Virus record (IMG/VR): IMGVR_UViG_3300033067_000567
Coordinates: 1 to 32,449 of that record
DNA from: a virus
Taxonomy: Duplodnaviria > Caudoviricetes
Strand: one strand, 5' to 3'
Length of the DNA stretch: 32,449 bases
Shown: piece after piece, positions 1 through 9,286 of the stretch
How positions within the stretch are numbered: position 1 is the stretch's first letter
How the letters are laid out: every line of letters starts with the position of its first letter
Notes under the pieces: model-generated
Databases searched by the model: none
The model's input: the letters and a program-made list of their open reading frames with translations, nothing else
Told to the model about the DNA's origin: nothing
Made by a program: the position numbers and the translations under genes

Positions 1-420
1 TATGTTGCCCACCACCCCGAAGCCGAGCGCATTACCACCGACTGCGGAGATGACATTGAGCAAGCATTGCAAATTGCCTATGACGAAGACGATGAATGCG
101 AGTTTCAGAATGGCGATTGCATTGCCATCAGTCTCGTGCACGAATGGATGCCGACAGTCGATGGCGCGAGTCTAGTTGATGACTTGCGTGAAGAAGCACA
201 CGATCATTGCGGTGAAATTGCCGATGGATTTCTTGACGAAGTGACTCCGGGCGATACAAGTGTTTTGGCGCTACGGGTGCAGGCAGTCATTAGAGAGTGG
301 TTGCGCGAGGTATATCCTGCCCCCAACGGCATGCCGTTTTGGATGTGTGGCAAAACTGTTTATCAGACAGTTGCCTTGCCGCCAGATGTCGTGGCGAAAC
401 GCGCCGCCGAGTCCAGTTGA
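1..420 (+). CDS. hypothetical phage protein, acidic, 5'-truncated
   Basis: The frame of ORF 67..420 is open back to base 1 (YVAHHPEAERITTDCGDDIEQALQIAY...), so the start probably lies outside the window. Stop TGA at 418-420. Confidence 0.7.
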   Translation, partial: YVAHHPEAERITTDCGDDIEQALQIAYDEDDECEFQNGDCIAISLVHEWMPTVDGASLVDDLREEAHDHCGEIADGFLDEVTPGDTSVLALRVQAVIREWLREVYPAPNGMPFWMCGKTVYQTVALPPDVVAKRAAESS

Positions 421-446
421 CACCGCCCCTGCCCCGCCGCAATAAT
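417..446 (+). promoter_or_regulatory. possible sigma70-type promoter for ORF 520..735
   Basis: Perfect TTGACA (417-422), an 18-nt spacer, then an imperfect -10 AATAAT (441-446). Confidence 0.4.
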
Positions 447-519
447 CTAGCACCGCCCAATATCACCGCGTGATTCCTCACACGCCACGACGCACACCGC
501 GCCAACCGTAGGAGGAATC

Positions 520-735
520 ATGCGAGAGATAGAACACAACCCGACCGGATGCCAGTTAACGTTGATTGAATTGCCCAAGCGCGAACCATTGCCACGCGAG
601 GAGTGGCGCGAGTTGGCCGCAGTTGGATTAGAGCGACGACACCAGCGACACAGCCGCAGTTCACGCGCTGAAATGCGAGCGTTTTATAGGCAGGTGTTTA
701 CTGATGAGGGGCGCGAGCATCCGCCGATAGCGTAG
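520..735 (+). CDS. hypothetical protein (71 aa)
   Basis: Strong SD AGGAGGA immediately upstream of the ATG at 520. Confidence 0.7.
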   Translation: MREIEHNPTGCQLTLIELPKREPLPREEWRELAAVGLERRHQRHSRSSRAEMRAFYRQVFTDEGREHPPIA

Positions 736-742
736 AATCACC

Positions 743-805
743 ACGGGCCGCGCCACTCTAGCCGCAATGCCAACCAGCACGGCGATTGTGCGCGGCCTGT
801 TTATT
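743..805 (+). terminator. hairpin / intrinsic terminator between convergent genes
   Basis: ACGGGCCGCGC(C)AC pairs with GTGCGCGGCCTGT around an inner GCCG/CGGC stem, followed by TTATT. It lies between stops at 735 (+) and 808 (-). Confidence 0.55.
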
Positions 806-807
806 AC

Positions 808-1947
808 CTAGTTCCCTATCGGTGAGTGATTTGCACGTCTACGCACACCGCCGCCCGCGATGTTCGATGAACTGTCGTTGGTGATGACGTAGAGCGATTC
901 CATAATCGTTGTAATGTCGTCGGCCCAATCTGTGCCACTGGTCAACGGCTCAGCGCGGAAGGTGAACCCATATAGCCCGTAGAACTCATCTATCACGTCC
1001 AGCACTGGCGTTCTGCCTGTGTCGATGCCAATTCCGTTCGTGGCCCCCACACCGTCAACGATGCGAAAGCCATAGTCCTGCGCGGCCTGCGCAATGATTT
1101 GACCGGGGATTGTCAGCAGCGACGACACATTAAACGAGGTGGACAGCGCCAGTAATGCGCCGGGTTTGATTTGGTTGTTTGTGCCGCCATACCCCGGCGG
1201 GCTGCCGGTGATTGGGTCGTTGAGTGCGTAGCCGTCGCAGGTATCGGCGGGCCAGCGATACATATTCGACGGCGTTGCAGCATCGCGGTAGTAGTAGCGC
1301 GACTCACGCAGCAGGATGCCCATCTCATGATGGATATACCCCGCTGTGAACTCCCCCGGCATGATGGTCACACCCACACCAATGTTAGAGCCACCATGCG
1401 CCCCGGATTGTCCATCGCCATAGATTGACTCATCAGAGAATACAACGTAGGTTGTGGCATAGCTGCCAGCGGTGCAGCGCGTGAATGGCTGATTTTGCTT
1501 AAGTGTGATGCCGTCCGCGTCTAGAAACGCTGCCGTGTTGTTGTCGTAGTTGTTTATGCCGCCCGCCACTACAAACGAGGTTGGGCAGCGCACCGTCTGC
1601 AACGTGGCCCCGTCATCAGTGCAGCGATCCGCGCCAGACCACTCAGCCGCGTTGTATTCGACGTTTAGGCTGGGCGCGGTTTCGTCAGGTTGCCAGATGA
1701 CCGTATTGGGATAGAGAAACGTGTCATACCCGTCCCACGTTTCGATTGTGATTCCAGCCGGTGAATATGTCGCACCCGCGCCGATGGCGAGATTGCTATG
1801 CGCGGTATCCTCATCAAATGGACGCTTGCGTTTGTCACGGGTGGTAGCCGTGAGGTTGTACCACGGCACAGCGGCGGGCGCGGCTGATGGTGTGAGCCGC
1901 TTCCCGCCACTTGCAAATACTTTCGAGCCTTTGAGGACTACGGGCAT
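808..1947 (-). CDS. putative virion-associated or receptor-binding protein of unknown function
   Basis: 379 aa, last gene of the tail operon. Short N-terminal peptide and Ala/Pro linker, then a Gly/Asp/Tyr/Trp-rich globular domain (GAHGGS, WPADTCDGYA, AAQDYGFRIVD). Confidence 0.6.
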   Translation of the reverse strand: MPVVLKGSKVFASGGKRLTPSAAPAAVPWYNLTATTRDKRKRPFDEDTAHSNLAIGAGATYSPAGITIETWDGYDTFLYPNTVIWQPDETAPSLNVEYNAAEWSGADRCTDDGATLQTVRCPTSFVVAGGINNYDNNTAAFLDADGITLKQNQPFTRCTAGSYATTYVVFSDESIYGDGQSGAHGGSNIGVGVTIMPGEFTAGYIHHEMGILLRESRYYYRDAATPSNMYRWPADTCDGYALNDPITGSPPGYGGTNNQIKPGALLALSTSFNVSSLLTIPGQIIAQAAQDYGFRIVDGVGATNGIGIDTGRTPVLDVIDEFYGLYGFTFRAEPLTSGTDWADDITTIMESLYVITNDSSSNIAGGGVRRRANHSPIGN

Positions 1948-2373
1948 TTATGCCTCTGGTTGAATCAGCAGGCCCATTAGCGCGTCGATTTCGATGCCAC
2001 TGAGGGTGTAGCCTGCCGCGTCCAATTGCTCAAGCGTGAGCAGTTCGCCGTCGAATGTGACTGGCTCATTGCGCAATTCGTCAATGGCCGCGATGAATGC
2101 CTGCATATCGTCGTCGCTTTTGAACTTGCGCTGCGCCTCACCCTCTACGGCTGGCTCGTGGTGTTCGTCAATCAATTGCTGGCGAGTGGACTCAAACGCA
2201 GAATCCGGCCCCAACAGACGCACAATTGCGCCACGCAGCGCGGCAATCCGGTAAGCCGCTTTCGCCCCGCCGCGTTCAGGCTTCTTGGTGTATAGCTGTT
2301 CAATCAATGATGGCTGCGGCGGTTGAGCAAAGGCAATGTTTTGGAGTTTGGCGATTGTCGTTTTGATTTCCAT
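1948..2373 (-). CDS. small helical phage protein (DUF1617-like, tail-fibre-adjacent)
   Basis: 141 aa with the pattern KAAYRIA...FESTRQQLIDEH...IDELRNEPV...LSGIEIDALMGLL, typical of proteins downstream of tail fibres. Family call from memory. Confidence 0.6.
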   Translation of the reverse strand: MEIKTTIAKLQNIAFAQPPQPSLIEQLYTKKPERGGAKAAYRIAALRGAIVRLLGPDSAFESTRQQLIDEHHEPAVEGEAQRKFKSDDDMQAFIAAIDELRNEPVTFDGELLTLEQLDAAGYTLSGIEIDALMGLLIQPEA

Positions 2374-2382
2374 ATCTATCTA

Positions 2383-3099
2383 TTAGTCGATTCTTTGTGA
2401 TTTAACCACAGGGAAATACATGAGTGGCGTTATGAGGGGCGGTATAACTTTCTCCGCAATGGCCGCCACCCGCGCCGCGCCCGTCTCGGTGAGGTGAACG
2501 CCGTCCCTGAAATACGTTGTGTTCCACGCGGCATGATCTGCGCCCAGTATTTCATCGGCCCCCACGTCTAGGATGCCGTCGAATTGTGTCGCGGTGTTCC
2601 TCACCTGTGCGTTGAATGCCAACCGTGCCGCCTCATGCCGCCCGTCATCCTCTACACCGTAGCCCACATAGCGACGGTTTACTATCGTCCCCATCAGTAC
2701 GCGCCACCCTAACGCCTTGCGCTGTTTGCAGTATTGATAGTGCTTGGCAAACGTTATATCCGCGTTGTAGCCGTCCTGAATCAGTGTATTTGTGCCTTCC
2801 CATAGCACGCACACGCCCGAACCATACGCGCCCAACAGCGGGTCTACATACAGCGGCGCTCGTGCGTTGGCGTGGCGTATGTCGTCCCCAGCTACAGCCA
2901 CATTTACGCCCGCGACGTGCTGCGCCTTTGCCCACGCGCCACGTAGAAACAGCGTCGTCCATGTTGGCGGCTGAACGCCGTTGTTGAGGCATGACATGCT
3001 ATTTCCCTCAAACACCACCAACCGGCCCAAGCGCGACCCGCCGCGCAGGTTTAGCATCGGCGCGAGTAGCGGAAAGCGAAGAAAGGCGCGGCGTTTCAT
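2383..3099 (-). CDS. SGNH/GDSL hydrolase (esterase) with possible Tat signal
   Basis: Block I VFEGNSM, block II NVAVAG, block III WEGTN, block V DGVHL. N-terminus MKRRAFLR. Confidence 0.85.
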   Translation of the reverse strand: MKRRAFLRFPLLAPMLNLRGGSRLGRLVVFEGNSMSCLNNGVQPPTWTTLFLRGAWAKAQHVAGVNVAVAGDDIRHANARAPLYVDPLLGAYGSGVCVLWEGTNTLIQDGYNADITFAKHYQYCKQRKALGWRVLMGTIVNRRYVGYGVEDDGRHEAARLAFNAQVRNTATQFDGILDVGADEILGADHAAWNTTYFRDGVHLTETGAARVAAIAEKVIPPLITPLMYFPVVKSQRID

Positions 3100-3101
3100 G
3101 G

Positions 3102-6100
3102 TTATGCGTTGGCGATGGTGGTTACAGTTCCAGAACTACCCCGAAACTTCAAAGCACCCGCCTGTGTATACAGCACCCCGCCGCCACTTGGGTTAGTCGT
3201 TGGCACAGTTCCAGCGTTGCCAATATAGATAACCTTTACTCCATCGCCGTGAGTTGGCCCATATACCCAGAACGAAAAAACACTGGTGTCTGCGTAAAAC
3301 GCATAGGTGGCAGCGTTGTTAAAACGCAGATACGCCGACCCGTTGCTGGCGGCTTGTAAACCCAACGTCGCGTTGGTCTGTGTAAAGTTAAGCGCTGACA
3401 ATTGCGCAATGCCGTTGTAACCGCTGGATGGTGCAGTGGCGCGGAGGTTTAGTGTTGATGTGGTCGCGCCAGTGTCAATGATGTTGTAAATCTGCGATGA
3501 GGTTTGTCCGCTGTAATACCATTTCAAGGCATCTACGTTTGCAAATGAAGTTACACCCAGCAGGGTAATACCGGACACATCTAGCACCACATCGTTACTA
3601 CCCACAATAATGCTGCCGCTAGAGCCAAACTTCACGGTTTGCTCAATGGTTGAGTTCCCCGATCCGTCAAGTTTAATAATGGTCGTTCCGCTGCTGTTGT
3701 TGATGTTTAGTACGCCCGCGCTGGTCAATTCGATGCGCTTCGTGGTGCTATTGCGAACTGACAATGACGATGCGCTATTGTCCCAATACAGGTTGTTGCC
3801 CGATGAATTGCCAAGTAATAGATTGCCCGATGTGTCTAGCGTCAGCCGACTTGTTGTGTCAATGCGCAGCGCCAAACTCCCCGCGCTCTGATCCCAATAC
3901 AGGTTTGATTTACCACTGGACGCACTGCCCAGAATCATGTCGCCCGCGTCGGCGGTGATTGAGCCAAACGGCGTGCCGAGCGCGGTCGATGCGGTTGTCA
4001 CCAGTGCAAACGCGCCCGTGCCAGCGCCGCCGGTGGTGTCTGAGTAGCCAAACAGCCCCGACGCATTACCGACCACATAGCCCGATGTTGAGGCGTTCGC
4101 CAGCATCAACTCATAGTTGTTGCGAATCACATTCAGCGGCGCATTGCTGTTGTAAATGGATGCGATTTCATCAGCGGACAGCACACGGCCAATGCTTGCC
4201 ACATCGTCAATGTATCCGTTGATGTTATTGCCGCCAGATGTGTTGTAACTGCCAATCATCAAATAAGACGGCGTTGCATACGCGCTGCCCGCCGTGCCTG
4301 ATGCGGCCAGTGCCCCATTGATGTAGAGCTTTGTAACTGTGCCGCCACTAACTGTGACGGCAATGTGTGTCCATGTGTTTGCCGGGACAACGGTGGCAAC
4401 AGTCGCCACCAGTGACGAGCCTTTGCGCGAGACGTTCACCGCCGTTGCGGTTGCGTAAACCGTGAGTGAGCCGGTGTTGTCACCGCCGAAGAATGTCGCG
4501 GTGCGGCCTGTCATTGCCGCGATATAGAACCAGCCCGACAGGGTGCAATCGGTGACGTTCAGGTTTGCGCTCGCGTCATAGCGCACGATTGACACGGTGC
4601 GCGAGGTGGCCGCATAGGTGGTTGGATAGCCTTTTTGTTCTAGCTGCGTTCCGTCCGTATACCAATCGGCTGTGCCTGCGCCGTTTTGCTCCACCCCAAC
4701 GAGGCGGCTGGTATCACTCGCACCATACGTAAACGTCAGTGTGTAGCGCGTCCACGTGCTGTTGAGCGTGACGCTCGTTGTGCCAATGTTGCCGCTGACG
4801 TTGCCGAACCCGAACAGCCGCACATTGCCCGTTCCACGCACATAGACCGACCATGTATAGGTAGTGCTGACAGATGTTACGCTGGTGACGCTGTAATACC
4901 AGCCTGTGCCGGTGGTGGAGGTTTGACAGCGTAGCGACCATGAGCCGTAGAGCGCTTGCGTATTAACGCGGGTGTTTGTGCCGCCGTTTGCCGTAACGCC
5001 TGTTAGGTCAGTTTCAAATGAGTTGTTGGTGATGAGGTTGGTTGTGCCTTCCTCTAGATACAGCGCCCCGTTGTATTTGCCGGTGTAGATGCCCGTTACT
5101 GGCCCGCTTGACGTTGCTACCTGCCCCAAATGCCCGTTGAGGTTTGGCACGCTTGACCCTTGCGGTGTATCAAATGGGCAATACAACAGCGCAGCCACGC
5201 TGAACCCAACACCGTTGCCAATGTATGCGCTGCCCATCACACGCAACAGTGAGCCGTCCCACGATAGGCCACTGGTCAACGCCCCACCCGACACACTACC
5301 CAGCCGCATCTTATACGTGCCGGAATCGTTGCCCACCCAGAAACCTGATGCGCCGCTGGTATAGGTCATAGTGTCCGACCCGCTGCCAATCGACAAATCT
5401 GGCCCCGTTCGGTCTAGCGTAATAACTGGCGTTGTGCCGCTGTAGACCTGTAGATTCGCGTTGTAGATGTCTACGCCATTGTCACCGGCCAGAATGTAGC
5501 GGTGGGCATCGTTTACGGTTGGCGTGGTGACGGTGTATGGCGCAACGTTGCCCTCGTTCGGGTTGGCCGTCCAGCCTGTGCCAGCATACAGCCCAAATTG
5601 AGACACGCCCGTAAGCCCGCGTAGCTGGCCCATGCGAACGCGCAATTGCAAACCCTGATTGGCTGTGACTGATTTCGGGTGTGTGGCCCATGTGACGATT
5701 TGCGTATACGGCGAGTTAACCCCTGCCGCGCCGTCGATGGCGTTCACCTCGTAGTAGCCGTTGCCCGTTGTGCCATAGTCCAGCACCAGTGTCCCCGCGC
5801 TAATCGTGCCTGAGCCTGTGCCGGGATAGGTCGCGTGCCTCGTAAAGATGTAGCGCTGTGCAGGCGGGTTGCTGCTGCTGACCTGTGCGCTATAGACCAC
5901 CGTTCCCCAAACGTCCGCGATCTTCAATCCGCCGCCGCTGCGGTCAAACTGGCGCAGGCGAACGAGGTCGCCATCGACAAACACGTGGAACGCGGCAAAC
6001 CCTGCGAACTCCTCTACGTCGAGATTGCCCGTATTGCCTGCGGTGGGAACAGTAAAATTGGCGTAGACTTTCGCCACGCTCTTGCTGATGATTTGCCCAC

Positions 6101-7232
6101 CGGCTAACGCCTGTTCCAAATCCGCGATGAACGCTTTCGCGTGCAGTTCATCGGTATACAGGTAGCGGAAGTCTGCCTCACCCAAATTGCTGATGCGCCA
6201 CGCCGTTAGCTGTGAGGCATACGATGGGTGCAATAGATGGTTGGGCGTGTAGATGTTTGAGCCATTGGCCGCGATGGTGTAATTGCCTGCGCTCGATACG
6301 GTGTGCGATGCGTAGAACGACCCGCTGTAGTTGAGGCGCAATTGCTCGGTGATTGAGTTAACCTCTAGTTTCGCGGTCGGTGTTGGAATCGAGTTACCAA
6401 TACCCACGCGCCCGCTGCCGCCGGTTGGGTCAATTGTGAGATGGCCCGCGCTGCTCACAGTGAATGCGGTGTAAAACGAACCGCTGTAATTAAGCCTAAG
6501 TTGCTCAGTGGTTGAGTTGACTTCCAGCTTGGCCGTTGGCGTGGGAATGCTGTTCCCAATACCGACCTTTGCCGAACCGCCGCCGGGGTTTAGGTAGATA
6601 TGCGCGTTGGCTGCGGTTGTGCCAGTGTTGCCGAGCGTGAGTGTTCCGGCTGACCCAACCCCGACAAAGCCGTAATTGCTGGTGTCGTAGCTAAATTGCG
6701 CTTGTGTGCCGGTGGTTAGCACATGCAGCCGCGCCGACAGTGCGCCCGCTGCGGTCGTGCCGATGCGCAAATCGTTGGCGATGTATGACGGGCTGGACAC
6801 ACTGCTATAGAGCGCATAGCCCGTTTGCGCGGCGATGCCTAGCCCTAGGTTTTGCACGCCCAGCCGCCCGCTTGAATCACTAGCGAGAATGGATGCAGCC
6901 GCGCCGGGGTATGACGATGAGGTGAGGATGAGGGTGTAGGTCGCCCCATCGTCGGTATTCGATAACCCTAGCCCGCTGTAGGCAAAATCTTCAGTGGTTG
7001 CAACTTGCGTATACAGATACGACAGCGCAACGTCAATGTCCCACCCGTCAATCAACTTCCCCGGCGCTACGGTGAGGTTGCCGTTTAGCATCACCGTGCC
7101 ATCGGCCAACAATGCGCCAGTCAGTGACGGCGCGAGTGTAGACGATGACGATGTGGTTGCGGTAATTGACGCGCTAATCTGGCGCTGAATCAGCGGTTCT
7201 ATGCGGCGGTAGATTTCGGAATCAGTTTGCAT
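3102..7232 (-). CDS. tail fibre / receptor-binding protein with LamG-like and carbohydrate-binding domains
   Basis: 1376 aa, G/S/T-rich, with VGIG beta-repeats, a CBM-like segment (TNLITNNSFE...YTWSVYVRG...WTRYTLTF...DGTQLEQ), a LamG segment (WTHIAVT...LYING...GYIDDV...VLSADEI) and a fibre-type C-terminus (PTTNPSGGGVLY...ALKFRGSSGTVTTIA). Follows Tal. Confidence 0.85.
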   Translation of the reverse strand: MQTDSEIYRRIEPLIQRQISASITATTSSSSTLAPSLTGALLADGTVMLNGNLTVAPGKLIDGWDIDVALSYLYTQVATTEDFAYSGLGLSNTDDGATYTLILTSSSYPGAAASILASDSSGRLGVQNLGLGIAAQTGYALYSSVSSPSYIANDLRIGTTAAGALSARLHVLTTGTQAQFSYDTSNYGFVGVGSAGTLTLGNTGTTAANAHIYLNPGGGSAKVGIGNSIPTPTAKLEVNSTTEQLRLNYSGSFYTAFTVSSAGHLTIDPTGGSGRVGIGNSIPTPTAKLEVNSITEQLRLNYSGSFYASHTVSSAGNYTIAANGSNIYTPNHLLHPSYASQLTAWRISNLGEADFRYLYTDELHAKAFIADLEQALAGGQIISKSVAKVYANFTVPTAGNTGNLDVEEFAGFAAFHVFVDGDLVRLRQFDRSGGGLKIADVWGTVVYSAQVSSSNPPAQRYIFTRHATYPGTGSGTISAGTLVLDYGTTGNGYYEVNAIDGAAGVNSPYTQIVTWATHPKSVTANQGLQLRVRMGQLRGLTGVSQFGLYAGTGWTANPNEGNVAPYTVTTPTVNDAHRYILAGDNGVDIYNANLQVYSGTTPVITLDRTGPDLSIGSGSDTMTYTSGASGFWVGNDSGTYKMRLGSVSGGALTSGLSWDGSLLRVMGSAYIGNGVGFSVAALLYCPFDTPQGSSVPNLNGHLGQVATSSGPVTGIYTGKYNGALYLEEGTTNLITNNSFETDLTGVTANGGTNTRVNTQALYGSWSLRCQTSTTGTGWYYSVTSVTSVSTTYTWSVYVRGTGNVRLFGFGNVSGNIGTTSVTLNSTWTRYTLTFTYGASDTSRLVGVEQNGAGTADWYTDGTQLEQKGYPTTYAATSRTVSIVRYDASANLNVTDCTLSGWFYIAAMTGRTATFFGGDNTGSLTVYATATAVNVSRKGSSLVATVATVVPANTWTHIAVTVSGGTVTKLYINGALAASGTAGSAYATPSYLMIGSYNTSGGNNINGYIDDVASIGRVLSADEIASIYNSNAPLNVIRNNYELMLANASTSGYVVGNASGLFGYSDTTGGAGTGAFALVTTASTALGTPFGSITADAGDMILGSASSGKSNLYWDQSAGSLALRIDTTSRLTLDTSGNLLLGNSSGNNLYWDNSASSLSVRNSTTKRIELTSAGVLNINNSSGTTIIKLDGSGNSTIEQTVKFGSSGSIIVGSNDVVLDVSGITLLGVTSFANVDALKWYYSGQTSSQIYNIIDTGATTSTLNLRATAPSSGYNGIAQLSALNFTQTNATLGLQAASNGSAYLRFNNAATYAFYADTSVFSFWVYGPTHGDGVKVIYIGNAGTVPTTNPSGGGVLYTQAGALKFRGSSGTVTTIANA
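6312..6563 (-). repeat. intragenic tandem repeat, 53-aa (159-nt) period
   Basis: GIGNSIPTPTAKLEVNS(T/I)TEQLRLNYSGSFY occurs twice, with a more diverged third copy upstream in the protein. Confidence 0.9.
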
Positions 7233-7234
7233 TG

Positions 7235-9286
7235 TTACCCCCGCTGAATTTTGAAGATGTCCATTGGATTCATTGCGCCGCGTGTGGTGTAGCCGATAGA
7301 GTCGCGCTCCGCGATGTATTCGGCCTCCTCGATGAATAGCGACTGATTAAGCGCATCAGGGAGAATGTCGCGCAGCTTGGCCCACACACCAACCTGCGGG
7401 CGCGATTTGTCTAGTGGCATATCCAGCACATTCACCAGCCGCCCATCGCGCAATAGCTGGAACTCACGCCCCGCCATGCTTGCGGCGGTTGGTTCAGCGT
7501 AGATGCGTAATCGGCGCTCACGGTTGACCGTTGCCAACAATCGAACGCCTGTACTAGAGCCGCTTTCTAGCATCTCATCTATGCAGGTTTTGGCGGTTAC
7601 ATCGCCATTGCGGGCTGGGTTTGTCCATACGCCCGATGCGGTGTCAATGTCCACGCCCGTTAGAAATTGGCCGTAGGTCGTGGCGAGGCTGCGTATCTGT
7701 TCGGTCGTCTCGGTGACAAGTCCGATTTGAAACAGCATGTCCATATTGGGCGATGCGGCCACCCATGCAGAGCCGTTGTAAATGAGTGGATCGCCACCGG
7801 CATAGCCTAGTGCTGGGTTGGCGTAGACCTTCACAAAATTTACAGGGTCAACGCTGCCGTTCGGCCAGATTTGCAGCCAGTAGGTTGTGCTGGTTGACAG
7901 TAGCGTGGTGGCGCTTAGGTCATCAAACAGAATATCTTGGAAATCAGTTGTCAAATCTGTGGCGCTGACCGCCTTGTATGCAATCGCGGCCCCCGGTGCG
8001 CCTGCTGTGTCTACGGTGATATAGGCCAACACGTCATAGGCCGGAGCGCCAAACTTCGCCAGTGGCACTTTGATACTGCCCACCGCTGCGACCTGTGCCA
8101 CCGTAAACGGGATGGCAATTCGTTGCCGCGCTGATACCGCGTTAAGGTCAAAAAAATAGTTGTCGGCCTCCTCGGTGAACTCATAAAACAAATCGGTGGT
8201 TGACAGTGACCACGTAGACCCGTTGTAGACATAGGTCGTGCTATTGGCGTTTGCGGCGGGTGTAATGCCGTGTATGTCAACGTAATTAGTAGCACTCACC
8301 GCACCACTGCGCCGAAACACAATGCAATACGACTGGCCCGGAATGCGATAAACTGTTTCGGTTGGCGTAAATTCATATACTGTGTTGGCGGTGGTGATGA
8401 TTGATGATGTCGGCACTGTGATTGTATGCAACACAGTTCCGGGCGCGGATGCTGTGCCAGTGCAGAGGTCAATCAGGATATTGTCAACGGCACTCCCCAG
8501 CCGCACGCACTTAAACTTGAATCGCTTCCACACTGTTGGGCGCGTGATTGTATTGGGAATGTCGAGGCTGATTCGTTGTGTGCTGGATGTTTTGCCGAGG
8601 CTGATGCCTGAATTTTCAAACCCAAACCCATACGAACTCGTGACGCTGTAGCTCGGTGAATCAGGCCGTTCGGTGTATGCTGGCGCGGCGATGCTCACAC
8701 TGGCGTAACGGTCGCGCAATGTCTCAAACCACCCCACACACATCAGCTTTGCTTTTGGTGCGCCGCGCCCACCCCCGGCAGGCTCAACAGTGGCAACCGG
8801 CAACTTGTAGCGATCCAACAGCATAGCCCGCAATGATTCGGCCTGTGTGTCGGTCGCTGATGAAAGCGTTTGCAATAACTCTTTCACGCCATAGAGTGAT
8901 TGACTATATGTATCGGTTGACGATGTGGTGGTGCGTCGTTCGCCTGATGTGCCGGTAACAGGATCGGTGAGTGAATACGCCACCTTGATGTCGTTATACA
9001 TCGAGTCCATAGTCCAGCCGATGACGTTAGACCCGATGGTGACGCGAACCTCATTCACCCTGCCCCACCAAACAACTTCGCCCTCCTCGTTTACCAGTTC
9101 CACGCCGTAAGCGAGCAGGTTGTAGAGCGCGATCAATTCGTCCTCGTTGCCGCTAGCGGTAATCTCCGCGTCCGTTGGCCCGCCGAAGGTCGTCATTCGG
9201 TGGCGCTCAACCGTGAAATTAACTTGCGGCACATTGCTGGTCAGTGAGGTGTAGAGCAACGGCGAATAGAAACGAGGTTGTAGCAT
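7235..9286 (-). CDS. baseplate hub / Tal-like tail tip protein with inserted beta-sandwich domains
   Basis: 683 aa, after Dit. VWWGRVNEV and SQSLYGVKE hub-type motifs, plus two similar internal domains ending YNGSTW and YNGSAW. Confidence 0.7.
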   Translation of the reverse strand: MLQPRFYSPLLYTSLTSNVPQVNFTVERHRMTTFGGPTDAEITASGNEDELIALYNLLAYGVELVNEEGEVVWWGRVNEVRVTIGSNVIGWTMDSMYNDIKVAYSLTDPVTGTSGERRTTTSSTDTYSQSLYGVKELLQTLSSATDTQAESLRAMLLDRYKLPVATVEPAGGGRGAPKAKLMCVGWFETLRDRYASVSIAAPAYTERPDSPSYSVTSSYGFGFENSGISLGKTSSTQRISLDIPNTITRPTVWKRFKFKCVRLGSAVDNILIDLCTGTASAPGTVLHTITVPTSSIITTANTVYEFTPTETVYRIPGQSYCIVFRRSGAVSATNYVDIHGITPAANANSTTYVYNGSTWSLSTTDLFYEFTEEADNYFFDLNAVSARQRIAIPFTVAQVAAVGSIKVPLAKFGAPAYDVLAYITVDTAGAPGAAIAYKAVSATDLTTDFQDILFDDLSATTLLSTSTTYWLQIWPNGSVDPVNFVKVYANPALGYAGGDPLIYNGSAWVAASPNMDMLFQIGLVTETTEQIRSLATTYGQFLTGVDIDTASGVWTNPARNGDVTAKTCIDEMLESGSSTGVRLLATVNRERRLRIYAEPTAASMAGREFQLLRDGRLVNVLDMPLDKSRPQVGVWAKLRDILPDALNQSLFIEEAEYIAERDSIGYTTRGAMNPMDIFKIQRG

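Noticed and set aside
3102-7232. Diversity-generating retroelement target in the tail fibre
   Set aside because: No reverse transcriptase or adenine-specific TR/VR pair was seen. The repeat differences are synonymous and not A-biased.
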